Assembly: GCA_947585215.1 (NCBI GenBank)
Contig: CANPWY010000001.1
Span: 1-62,806, forward strand
Length of the DNA stretch: 62,806 bases
Origin: an uncultured Clostridia bacterium
GTDB taxonomy: Bacteria; Bacillota; Clostridia; Oscillospirales; JAAYOS01
Direction: 5' to 3'
Shown here: piece by piece, positions 8,303 through 17,053 of the stretch
Layout of the letters: every line of letters starts with the position of its first letter
Numbering within the stretch: the stretch's first letter is position 1
The notes under the pieces: model-generated
Databases searched by the model: none
Told to the model about the DNA's origin: nothing
Seen by the model: the letters and a program-made list of their open reading frames with translations, nothing else
Program-made: the position numbers and the translations under genes

Positions 8303-9367
8303 TCAGTCCGTCAGCGTAAGATACAGCGGCAGTTCATAGTCCGTTTTGTAGTCGTCCGTGAATATCGCCGTGAAGCGGTATTCGCCGCCCGGGTCGGGCG
8401 CGGAGAACCCTTGGGAGGAGGTGAGCAGTCCGTCTATGACGTTGCCGCTCATGGTATCTCCGGCGGGACCGCCCTCCGCCGTCAGGACGCTGCCCTCGAT
8501 TTCCGTCCACCCGTCCACGTCGGGCATTTCGAGCGTGCCTCCCTTTGTCAGATTGTAGCAAAGCAGCTCGCCGCTGTTGGAGCGGATGAGCGTATTCAGC
8601 GCGCAGAATGTACCGCCGTTCTCCCTGTCGGAACAGCGTCCGCCGAGCGCCAGAAGGTCGAATTCCCTGTCGCTTTTCGGTATCGTCACGTCGAAGGTTA
8701 TTGAAAAGAGCCTGTCGCCCGTGGTACAGTTTGCCGCAGTGTGGTCGATGTTCTCGCGGAAATAGAGGGTGTAGCGGTAGATGCCGGGGTCTGCGAGCGG
8801 CAGCTTTACCCGCACGGTCTTTTCGTCGCTCAGCGCGGGGACGTCCGACTCCTCGGGTCCCTCCGTCTCCGAAAGCTCGCCGAATGGGTCGTAGGGAACG
8901 GGCGTCCGCAGTCCCGCGCCGGAATATCGCGTATAACTTCCGTCCTCCCCGAGCCGTTCCACATAGCCCTCGGCGTCGGTGCGCTTGATGCTTTCGTCGG
9001 GGAGCGCTTCTCCGTCCTGATAGCGGTACGCGCTGAATGTCACCGGCATCTCGGCGTCGAATACGAATTCCAGCTCATACTCGGGTATGCTGTCGTATGT
9101 GCCGCGTATAGCCGCGGGCATGAGTACGTCCGTATCCCCGGAGCACTCGCCGAGCGTCGCTCCGACGGGACCGTTTGAAAGCGTATAATGCTCCCCGACA
9201 AGACCGAAGTCGGCGCCCTCGGGCGCGGGAACGACCGTGAGAGTCGAGACTGCGGACGGCGTGGGGGACGGCGGGAGCTCGACACTCACCGTCGAATCGC
9301 CGCAGCCGGACAGCGTCAGCAAAAGCGCGGCGGCAAGCGCTGCCAATGCACGGGCTCTAAACCTCAT
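8303..9367 (-). CDS. lipoprotein of unknown function (paralogue B)
   Basis: Lipobox LTLSGC. Collinear similarity to the 5038-6132 product. AGGGAGG RBS. Confidence 0.8.
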   Translation of the reverse strand: MRFRARALAALAAALLLTLSGCGDSTVSVELPPSPTPSAVSTLTVVPAPEGADFGLVGEHYTLSNGPVGATLGECSGDTDVLMPAAIRGTYDSIPEYELEFVFDAEMPVTFSAYRYQDGEALPDESIKRTDAEGYVERLGEDGSYTRYSGAGLRTPVPYDPFGELSETEGPEESDVPALSDEKTVRVKLPLADPGIYRYTLYFRENIDHTAANCTTGDRLFSITFDVTIPKSDREFDLLALGGRCSDRENGGTFCALNTLIRSNSGELLCYNLTKGGTLEMPDVDGWTEIEGSVLTAEGGPAGDTMSGNVIDGLLTSSQGFSAPDPGGEYRFTAIFTDDYKTDYELPLYLTLTD

Positions 9368-9383
9368 AAAAATACCTCCCTTT

Positions 9384-11249
9384 CTATTTTCCGCCCTGAA
9401 GGAGCGAGAGCGGCGACTGCTTTCCGATAATGTGCAGACCTAACGATGCGAATGCCGTCAGCAGGAAAAGAGCGCAAATTCCGAAAGCTGCCGCATGCCA
9501 CGGCGAAAAGCTCACGCTCGCTGCTCCGCCCGAGACCTCCGCCATTGATGCGGCCAGCTTCACGGCAAAGCTGCGAAGCATCAGCGCGCCTCCGGCACAG
9601 CCCGCCGCGTCTGCGGCGGCGGCTATCGGGAGCAGACCCGCGAGCAGCGAACGTCCCGCCCGTCCGGCGGGCACTCCCAGCGCTCTCATTATCGCGTACT
9701 CGCCCTTCCTGCGAACGATAAACAGATAGTTTATCAGAACGAGCGAGAGCAGCAGCGCCGCGCTCATGGCGGCAAAGCTGACAGCGGCGCCGGTCCTCAT
9801 GGAGCGGAAGGTCATCTCCACGCCGGAGTATCCCATGTCGTCTATTGCAAGCCTGTACCCGAGTTCTTCAAGCCGGCCGCTCAGCTCAAGCTCAAGGCCG
9901 CGCACGTCGCCCGGAGACTTCAGCGCGAAGCTGAAGGTCGAGGGAAAGCAGTACGGCGTGACCTCGTCTGTCCACGGATAGGCGGCCTCCGGCAGAAAGA
10001 CCGTGTTCGGTGAAAACATGAGGGCGTCCGTGTCCGCCATGCCCTCGATGCCGCCGTCCCTCGGCGGCTCGGCCCAGATGCCTACCACCTCGCAGGACGT
10101 TTGCACCGGCTCGAAATTGCAAGCCGTATACTCTCCGCCGAGCAGATAAAACTCGTTCGGGTCGTATATCTCGCGGGAAATGACCCTGCCTCCGTATGCC
10201 ATGGTGTTCGGTGTGGAGGTGAAGTCAACGGTATCGCCAATTTTTATCCCGTTCCGCGCAGCATACTCCGCATTTATGACGCAGACGCTGCCGGTGTCTT
10301 TCGGGGTTATCATGCGTCCCTCCGATATGTAAAGCGTACCGTCGTGGAACCTCGGCAGCTTCGACATATCCGAGGTAAAAACCATGTCCTGCTTGTGCGC
10401 GTTTACCTCCGTTATCCTGCCGTATCTGTCCTGCATCATATAGGCGTAATCCTCGGGGCTCACCGAACCCTTTTCCTGCTCTAAAAGCGTAAGGTCGAGC
10501 AGACGGTAGGGTATATCCGGCATGAAGTTCAGGTGATGCGGTCCCGTTATCCAGACCACGTCGGCGCCTCGGAAGCCGGTGGGCGTCAGCGCCAGAACGT
10601 AGCGATGGCCTTCGATAAGCTCCTCGTATACGCCTATGTCCGACGCGCGGGGGACTATGTAGAAGGTGTGTCCGTTTGCCGGATGCTGTCGCCCGTCCTC
10701 GCCTATGTAGAATTCCGGCTCCCGGCCGGGCGGGTAGAGCTCCGGGTCTCCGGCAAGCACCTCCTCGACCTCGTAGAATATCTCGGACTGGTTCGAGCCC
10801 TTATAGGTTGTAAGACTTTTCGCTATAACTATCGCGCTGTCGGAGTGCAGGTCGATAATCGACGAGTCCTGCACGTTCGGGTACTCCGTTATGCCGCCGG
10901 CGACATGGCAGACTTCGCACGACTCCACCCGGTCGGAAGCCGAAACAAGCCGGGCCGCCTCCGCGTCGATGGGGCAGTAGTATTGCAGCGCCTCCATAGG
11001 GCTGTCCCCAAAGGGCAGACCCGCGCCGCTCGGCTCGCGCCCGAAAAAGTCCCTATATCTTTGCTCCGTTGCGACGAGGGTGCCGACGGCGGAGTACCGT
11101 TGCTCGGCCGACGCGAGCACGCTCTCCGTAAGCTCATATTCTGCACCTCTGCTCACAAACGCGAAGGACGTCGCGGCGAGCAGTACAAAGGTCACGAGCG
11201 TTTTCAGCGGCGAACGCAAAACCGTCCACACGGAAAGCCGCGGGTTCAT
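9384..11249 (-). CDS. large FtsX/MacB-type ABC permease (paralogue B)
   Basis: Start at MNPRLSVWTVLRSPLKTLVTFVLLAATSFAFVSRG (AAGGAG upstream). Collinear with the 6151-8067 product and ends ..SPLSLLQGGK. Confidence 0.85.
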   Translation of the reverse strand: MNPRLSVWTVLRSPLKTLVTFVLLAATSFAFVSRGAEYELTESVLASAEQRYSAVGTLVATEQRYRDFFGREPSGAGLPFGDSPMEALQYYCPIDAEAARLVSASDRVESCEVCHVAGGITEYPNVQDSSIIDLHSDSAIVIAKSLTTYKGSNQSEIFYEVEEVLAGDPELYPPGREPEFYIGEDGRQHPANGHTFYIVPRASDIGVYEELIEGHRYVLALTPTGFRGADVVWITGPHHLNFMPDIPYRLLDLTLLEQEKGSVSPEDYAYMMQDRYGRITEVNAHKQDMVFTSDMSKLPRFHDGTLYISEGRMITPKDTGSVCVINAEYAARNGIKIGDTVDFTSTPNTMAYGGRVISREIYDPNEFYLLGGEYTACNFEPVQTSCEVVGIWAEPPRDGGIEGMADTDALMFSPNTVFLPEAAYPWTDEVTPYCFPSTFSFALKSPGDVRGLELELSGRLEELGYRLAIDDMGYSGVEMTFRSMRTGAAVSFAAMSAALLLSLVLINYLFIVRRKGEYAIMRALGVPAGRAGRSLLAGLLPIAAAADAAGCAGGALMLRSFAVKLAASMAEVSGGAASVSFSPWHAAAFGICALFLLTAFASLGLHIIGKQSPLSLLQGGK

Positions 11250-11433
11250 ACTTCCACTCTCCTTCCCGGAAGCGCAGCATATGGATGGCATAGGTGGCGG
11301 CGGCTTCCAAATTTGTTCTGCGGTTTTTTACGTCTCACGGCAGAGCCGCGCTTCCCGCAAAATAGCTCTTTACATATAAAGACAACAAAAAGCCCCGCGC
11401 GTTGCGCGGAAATTTGCCCGAACGGGGCGCGCC

Positions 11434-11462
11434 TTGCGCTTTGCCGAGAAGTGCGCTATAAT
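11434..11462 (+). promoter_or_regulatory. candidate promoter of the ECF sigma operon
   Basis: TTGCGC (11434-11439), 17 nt, TATAAT (11457-11462). Confidence 0.35.
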
Positions 11463-11524
11463 AACCGCATATAAAAACGGTGAAAACGGCGGCCTGCTTA
11501 AAGCCGCCGCTCGGAGAGGACACA

Positions 11525-12040
11525 ATGGGCAAAGAGGCACGAAACCGGCAAATTGAAAAGCTGTTTTATGAGCTGCATGACAGGCTCCGCGCCATAGCTC
11601 TCGCCTCCCTCGGCGAGACGCTTGCGGAGGACGCCGTGCAGGAGACCTTCGTCATAGCCTGCCGGAGCTATGACGCGCTGTCCTCAAGTCCGAACCCGCA
11701 GGGCTGGCTCGTGAACACCCTGAAACACGTCATAATGAAGACCATGCGCGCGCAGTCGCGCGAGGCGCGGAATACCTCGCCTCCGCCCGCCGGTGAGGAC
11801 GGGCCTGCGGAGGAACGGTTCCCGTCCGTTTCGGACGAATACACCTTCGAGCTTGAGGATGCGTTCGTGCGCGCCGTAGGCAGGGACGCTTACATACTTT
11901 ACCGGGAGCTGTACCTGCTTGGACTGCCGATAGCGGAGGTGGCCCGCAGGCACGGACTGACGGAGGACGCCTGCCGAAACCGCGCCTATCGGACAAGGAA
12001 GAAGCTGAAAAAGTTTTTTGAAGACGGACAAGATTTTTAG
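11525..12040 (+). CDS. ECF-type sigma-70 family RNA polymerase sigma factor
   Basis: Region 2 (..AEDAVQETFVIA..) and region 4 HTH (..LPIAEVARRHGLTEDACRNRAYRTRKKLKK). ATG at 11525 has GGAGAGGA upstream. Divergent from the ABC locus. Confidence 0.8.
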   Translation: MGKEARNRQIEKLFYELHDRLRAIALASLGETLAEDAVQETFVIACRSYDALSSSPNPQGWLVNTLKHVIMKTMRAQSREARNTSPPPAGEDGPAEERFPSVSDEYTFELEDAFVRAVGRDAYILYRELYLLGLPIAEVARRHGLTEDACRNRAYRTRKKLKKFFEDGQDF

Positions 12041-12079
12041 GCGCCGCGCGGGGATATATACAGCGAAGGAGAGGCATTC

Positions 12080-13222
12080 ATGAGCGAAGAAAAACGAGAC
12101 TTCTCAAAATACGATAAAATGAGCACCGAAGAGCTGAAGGAAGCCCTCCGGCGCTGTGCCGCGCAGACCGACGGCGACGCCGATGCGGAGCTGTATATTG
12201 CGGGGCTTGTCGCGGAGCGTGAAAAGCGGGAGCATCCGGAGAGGTACCCGGACGTCGGGGTCGAGTGGGAGCGCTTCAAGGCGCTCTATATGCCGCTTGC
12301 GGACGAAGCGGACGAGGAACGTGAGACTCCCGAGGTCAGCGCAAAGCCGCAGAAGTACCGCCGCAGGATGAGCATCGGGCGGAGGATAGCCGTCGGACTC
12401 GCCGCGGCGCTCCTGTTGTGCGCAGCGCTTGTGGGTACGGCGCTCGCGGTGAACGAGGATCTCCGCATAGCGGTATACAGGAGCCTCGGCAAGCACGCGT
12501 GGTTCGAGAGCGCCCGCGCGGATATGCTCGAACGCGCCCGGATAAACGAATTTCCGAACAAGGTAGCGCTCTGGCTGTATGACGAGCTGGAGAGAGAAGG
12601 CCTTTACGGCCGCGACTCTAAAACCGGCGAGCAGAGCGTGCTCTCCGTCTACCCTCTCGAATGGTCGGACACCGAGGGCGTATATGCGGGTCTCGTGTCG
12701 GTCGTCGGATCATCGGAAGACCCCGAGGCGGGCGGTGTCACCGAGGAGGTCTATATCGTAAAGCATACATGGACCGGCTACAAGATAACCGGCAGGTGCG
12801 GCTTTGAGCCGCCCGAGGAGGGCGAAAATATCACGCTCGGCAGGATAGACGATACGGACTATACGCTCATATACGGCTGCTTTGGCGACGACGAACGCCT
12901 CTATCAGACGCTTGACGATGGGACGAAGTCCTCCACGCCCATATTCAACGCGCTTCAGTTCTCGGACGGCTCGCTCACTGAGATAAGGACGTTCGGCAAG
13001 GATGTCGTGCGGGGCTGCGGCGTGACGTTTGTGGCGATAGCGTGGGGGGATCACCGCGACGCCGACGTGACTGATCTTGTCGAAGCAGATAACTGGATAT
13101 CAAGTATCGACGGACATGCCCCGACCGAGGATGAGCTGCAAATGCCGGAGTTCAGGCCGACGATCGTCCGAACCTACACCGAGATATTCGGAGAGGCGCT
13201 CCCCGAGCCGACGGGGCCGTAA
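12080..13222 (+). CDS. membrane protein, putative anti-sigma factor
   Basis: Lies immediately downstream of the ECF sigma gene. It has a cytoplasmic N-terminal segment, a single TM (IAVGLAAALLLCAALVGTALAV) and an extracytoplasmic C-domain. The call rests on position and topology only. Confidence 0.45.
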   Translation: MSEEKRDFSKYDKMSTEELKEALRRCAAQTDGDADAELYIAGLVAEREKREHPERYPDVGVEWERFKALYMPLADEADEERETPEVSAKPQKYRRRMSIGRRIAVGLAAALLLCAALVGTALAVNEDLRIAVYRSLGKHAWFESARADMLERARINEFPNKVALWLYDELEREGLYGRDSKTGEQSVLSVYPLEWSDTEGVYAGLVSVVGSSEDPEAGGVTEEVYIVKHTWTGYKITGRCGFEPPEEGENITLGRIDDTDYTLIYGCFGDDERLYQTLDDGTKSSTPIFNALQFSDGSLTEIRTFGKDVVRGCGVTFVAIAWGDHRDADVTDLVEADNWISSIDGHAPTEDELQMPEFRPTIVRTYTEIFGEALPEPTGP

Positions 13223-13281
13223 CAGGAGGAACGTTTTCGCTCCGCAATGAATCTCTTCTGTATGATTCATAATATGGGACC

Positions 13282-13309
13282 TTGACATTCCACAATTACC
13301 CTGTATAAT
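13282..13309 (+). promoter_or_regulatory. strong sigma-A type promoter at left end of the element
   Basis: TTGACA (13282-13287), 16 nt ending in TG, TATAAT (13304-13309). Confidence 0.6.
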
Positions 13310-13385
13310 AGAACATAAGTCCTGTTTTCTGCGTTCTCCTGACTTCCGATTTACATAACAAACCGTAAATCGGGAGGTCGCCGCA

Positions 13386-13913
13386 ATGACAATACGCGAA
13401 CACTTTGACCTGTACTCAGAGGTCGAGGTCACGGAGGAAGTCAGGAATTGTCTGAAGGAAACACGGGCCGAGCACATCCGCTGTAAAAACCGGGATTATC
13501 AGTACGGGGTACTCACCTATCTCTTTGGTACGGAGCGACCCCCGGACGGCGCCGGTTCCGAGGACACCGGCAGGCCGCTCTGCTCCCACGTTGAAATGCG
13601 GGGCGAATCGGCGGAGCGGAAGTTCTTTCGTCTGGAAGCGGAAAGAGCATATAGAAAGGCGATGTCCGAGCTTGGCAAGGTACAGCGGCGGAGGCTTGAG
13701 CTTCACTTCTTCGAAAATCTCAGCTTTACCGAAATCGCCCGGCGCGAAGGCGTTTCCGAGGGCGCGATAAGGCACCAGATCAAACGAAGCCTTACATATC
13801 TCCGCCGGAGGCTTACCGAGGACGGCTATACCCTTTCCGACCTGCTGCGTCCGTCATCGCTTCCGGCTGTGCTGTACAAGACCCGCAATTCCTATAAGAC
13901 CGTGCAGAAATAG
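13386..13913 (+). CDS. sigma-70 region-4 family transcriptional regulator (mobile-element type)
   Basis: C-terminal ..RRRLELHFFENLSFTEIARREGVSEGAIRHQIKRSLTYLRRRL is a sigma region-4 HTH. GGGAGG RBS. Confidence 0.65.
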   Translation: MTIREHFDLYSEVEVTEEVRNCLKETRAEHIRCKNRDYQYGVLTYLFGTERPPDGAGSEDTGRPLCSHVEMRGESAERKFFRLEAERAYRKAMSELGKVQRRRLELHFFENLSFTEIARREGVSEGAIRHQIKRSLTYLRRRLTEDGYTLSDLLRPSSLPAVLYKTRNSYKTVQK

Positions 13914-13923
13914 AACATACAAG

Positions 13924-13962
13924 AGACCTCGGGAGACGGCAAAGCCTCCCGAGGTCTTTTTT
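13924..13962 (+). terminator. Rho-independent terminator
   Basis: AGACCTCGGGAG / CTCCCGAGGTCT 12-bp stem followed by TTTTTT. Confidence 0.8.
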
Positions 13963-14243
13963 GAAAAAATTTTGATTTTCGTGTCCGAATTGCCCGGATT
14001 TTTAAGCTAATAGGTGTAGGGACATTTGCGGGCTCCGGCGTTTGCAGAGACCGAGTGTGCCGTTGCCGCGCGGTTGCCGTAAGATATAGTCAGCCTGCGT
14101 CTCACACCGTAACAAGCAGGGAACTTGTACGGCAAGTTCCCATCTGAACAGACGGCATTTCCGCCGTCTGTTTCTCTTTAGGGGCTTTGCCCCTAATACC
14201 CTGCAAAGAACCCCTAATGCCCCATTATGAAAGGAAGGATTTT

Positions 14244-14603
14244 ATGAACCGAAACGAAAAAGAAAAATTTGCTCGGCTCGAGATTCGGGTCATCCCAAAG
14301 GAAAAGGAAACCATTCGACAAATTGCCAAAGCATGCGGTCTGTCCGTCAGCGAATATGTGGTCAAACGAGCGCTGGGCTATGCACCCAAAGCGGTGCAGC
14401 CCGACGTCTTTTTTGATTTCTACGGCAAGCTGTGCGAGCTCATGAACCGGGAACTCACTCCCACAACCGAGGCGGCTATGCTGAAGCTGTTCGACGAGAT
14501 CCATGCCTCGCTAATCGACGCGCCGAAGCGGACGAGGCAGGAGATCGTGAAGGAGGTGACAGCGTGGCAAGCACCGGATTCTGGCCCGTCAAGTCCCGAT
14601 TGA
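14244..14603 (+). CDS. mobC: MobC-family mobilization (relaxosome accessory) protein
   Basis: ..ARLEIRVIPKEKETIRQIAKACGLSVSEYVVKRALG.. is the RHH/MobC pattern. ATG at 14244 has AAGGAAGGA upstream. Confidence 0.75.
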   Translation: MNRNEKEKFARLEIRVIPKEKETIRQIAKACGLSVSEYVVKRALGYAPKAVQPDVFFDFYGKLCELMNRELTPTTEAAMLKLFDEIHASLIDAPKRTRQEIVKEVTAWQAPDSGPSSPD

Positions 14604-15940
14604 AGGCAGTCCTCGACTACGCCGAAAATTCAGACAAGACGACTCCGCCGGAATACCTTGATTCGGATTTGTACGCCGCATTGCGCTATGCCGAAAACGA
14701 CGGGAAAACCGACCGAAAGCTGTTTGTCGGCGGCATCAACTGCTCGGCGCAGAAGGTTTATGCCGAGATGACTGCCGTACAGCGTCGGTTCGGCATGAAG
14801 GGCAAGGTTGTCGCCTATCACGGCATACAGAGTTTCAAATCCGGCGAGGTCACGCCGGAGCAGGCGTTTGAAATCGGCAAGGAAACGGTGAGAAGAATGT
14901 GGAGCGACCGTTATCAGGTGCTTGTGACCGTTCATCTGAATACGGACAATCTGCATTGTCATTTCGTTGTCAACCCCTGCTCGTTTCGGGACGGTGCAAA
15001 ATTCAAAAACAAAATCGGCGATCACAAGGAGCTGCGCAAAATATCCGATGAAGTTTGTCGGGAACACGGTCTGTCTGTATTGGAAAACAGCGAGTTTTAC
15101 AGTAATGGTAAAATGGAATACTGGGCACACAAGTCCGGCAGGCTCACCCATCGGAGGCAACTGCGGAAAGATTTGGACGAGGCACTCTCGAAGTGCTCCG
15201 GCTATAAGAGCCTTGAATACTATCTGCAATCTCTCGGCTATCATTTGGAACGGGATTTTCGCTATGAACACCCGTCCGTAACAGCAGATGGGTGGCAACG
15301 GGCCGTCCGCATTAACAGCCTCGGAGAAGAATACTCCAAAGAGCGCATCCGGGAGCGGCTGTTGGAAAATCAGCGAAAGCCGGAACTGTATGCAGTCGTA
15401 TACCCCGAACGTAAACGAAAGCCGCTGTTGTCCCTCGAATACGAATACCGCAAGGCGCAGCAGATGGATACGGTGACGCTGCTGTTTCAAATCTTCATCG
15501 AACTGCTGAAGCTCTGCACCGGCGGCAATATTGAGCGGCAGCCTGACCGTCCCTTATCCCCGATGATGCGGGCGGAGGTGAAAAAGTTGGATCAATATTT
15601 GGAGGAATACAATCTCCTTTGCGACAACAACATTCAGTCGCCAAAGGAGCTTTTGCTATTTTGGGAGAACCTTTCAGCCAAAATCAACGCACTGGAAAAG
15701 GCACGATACGCCCTGAGGTTGAAATTACGGCGGGCAAAATTGCCGGAAGAGGACGCCGCTTTGAAAGAACGGGCAAAGGAGATCACGCGGCAGATCATGC
15801 CTTTACGCAAAGAATTACAGATTGCCAAACGCATCGAGGAGCATATTCCGAAAATCCGTGCGGTTCTCGACGCAGAGCGGCAGATCGAAATGAGACGAAA
15901 CGACTTGATGATGAGGAAAGAACGAGGTGCTGAACGATGA
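14564..15940 (+). CDS. relaxase/mobilization nuclease (Relaxase PF03432-like)
   Basis: GTG at 14564 has AAGGAGG 7 nt upstream and overlaps the mobC end. N-terminus is ..FWPVKSRLKAVLDYAENSDKT. Histidine triad is HLNTDNLHCHFVVNP. Confidence 0.85.
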   Translation: MASTGFWPVKSRLKAVLDYAENSDKTTPPEYLDSDLYAALRYAENDGKTDRKLFVGGINCSAQKVYAEMTAVQRRFGMKGKVVAYHGIQSFKSGEVTPEQAFEIGKETVRRMWSDRYQVLVTVHLNTDNLHCHFVVNPCSFRDGAKFKNKIGDHKELRKISDEVCREHGLSVLENSEFYSNGKMEYWAHKSGRLTHRRQLRKDLDEALSKCSGYKSLEYYLQSLGYHLERDFRYEHPSVTADGWQRAVRINSLGEEYSKERIRERLLENQRKPELYAVVYPERKRKPLLSLEYEYRKAQQMDTVTLLFQIFIELLKLCTGGNIERQPDRPLSPMMRAEVKKLDQYLEEYNLLCDNNIQSPKELLLFWENLSAKINALEKARYALRLKLRRAKLPEEDAALKERAKEITRQIMPLRKELQIAKRIEEHIPKIRAVLDAERQIEMRRNDLMMRKERGAER

Positions 15941-16779
15941 ATGGAAAAATAAACATACCGGAAATGCTTTCGGTTGAAAAGCTGCGTCCCTTTGAGGGCC
16001 ATCCCTACAAGGTCTTGGACAACGGTGAGATGGACGACCTGACCGAAAGCGTTCGGGAAAACGGCGTCCTGTCTCCGCTGATCGTGAGGCCGCTGGAGGG
16101 CACAGACGAATACGAGGTCATAAGCGGCCACCGGAGACTTCGCGCCGCGGAGAGGGCGGGTATGCAGAGCGTCCCCGCCTTTGTCTATGAAATCAACCGT
16201 GACGAGGCGGCGGTCCTGCTGGTGGACAGCAACCTCCATCGGGAACATATCCTACCGAGCGAGAAGGCGTTTGCCTACAAGCTGAAGATGGATGCCCTGG
16301 CCCACCGGGGCGTCACTTGTGGACAAGTTGGCCACAAGTCCCGCGACGGTATCTCCGACACAGACAGCGGCCGCACCGTTCAGCGGTATATCCGCCTTAC
16401 AAAACTTATCCCGGAGCTGCTTCAAATGATGGACGAGGGCCGCATCGCCTTCTCCGTGGGTGTGGAGCTGTCCTTCCTCTCAGAACAGTCCCAACGCGAC
16501 CTGTTGGATGCCATCGACCTGAGCGACTGCACCCCATCTTATTCGCAGGCGGTTCGACTTCATAAGGCGGATCGGGAAGGACTGCTCACCGATGCGGTAA
16601 TAGAGGGGATTATGCGGGAAGAAAAAGCGAACCAGCGGGAGATGTTCAGGCTGCCGATGGAACAGATCCGCAAGTATGTCCCAAATGCCAATCCCAAACA
16701 GGCGGAGGATTTCGTTCTCAAAGCTTGCGAGTACTACAAGAATTTCCTCATCCGGCAGCGGGATCGGGATTCCCGGTAA
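15937..16779 (+). CDS. ParB N-terminal (ParB/Srx nuclease-like) domain protein
   Basis: ..LSPLIVRPLEGTDEYEVISGHRRLRAAERAG.. ATGA overlap with the relaxase stop. Confidence 0.85.
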   Translation: MNGKINIPEMLSVEKLRPFEGHPYKVLDNGEMDDLTESVRENGVLSPLIVRPLEGTDEYEVISGHRRLRAAERAGMQSVPAFVYEINRDEAAVLLVDSNLHREHILPSEKAFAYKLKMDALAHRGVTCGQVGHKSRDGISDTDSGRTVQRYIRLTKLIPELLQMMDEGRIAFSVGVELSFLSEQSQRDLLDAIDLSDCTPSYSQAVRLHKADREGLLTDAVIEGIMREEKANQREMFRLPMEQIRKYVPNANPKQAEDFVLKACEYYKNFLIRQRDRDSR

Positions 16780-16791
16780 AGAAGCTCGCCT

Positions 16792-16959
16792 ATGGAGAAG
16801 GATGTGAAAGTCGATGCAAACGAGGTGCAACTCTCAAAAGAACTGCTGACCTCGTTTGCAAAATTTCTTGCCTCGGAAATCTGTAAGTTTTACGGATCTG
16901 AGGAGGGCAAAGCCTATTATGAGGCATGGCTCAAGCGGCATTCCGAAGACGCCGCCTGA
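16792..16959 (+). CDS. small hypothetical protein (55 aa)
   Basis: The ORF MEKDVKVDANEVQLSKELLTSFAKFLASEICKFYGSEEGKAYYEAWLKRHSEDAA fills the gap between parB-like and the recombinase. It is below the ORF-track length cut-off. No function recognised. Confidence 0.35.
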   Translation: MEKDVKVDANEVQLSKELLTSFAKFLASEICKFYGSEEGKAYYEAWLKRHSEDAA

Positions 16960-17053
16960 AGCCGGCGGGAAGCAATCAGCTCGTTCGACTGCTTCCCATA
17001 CATATGACTTTTACAAAAGAACGAACTACAATCAAGAGAACGGAGGAATGAAC

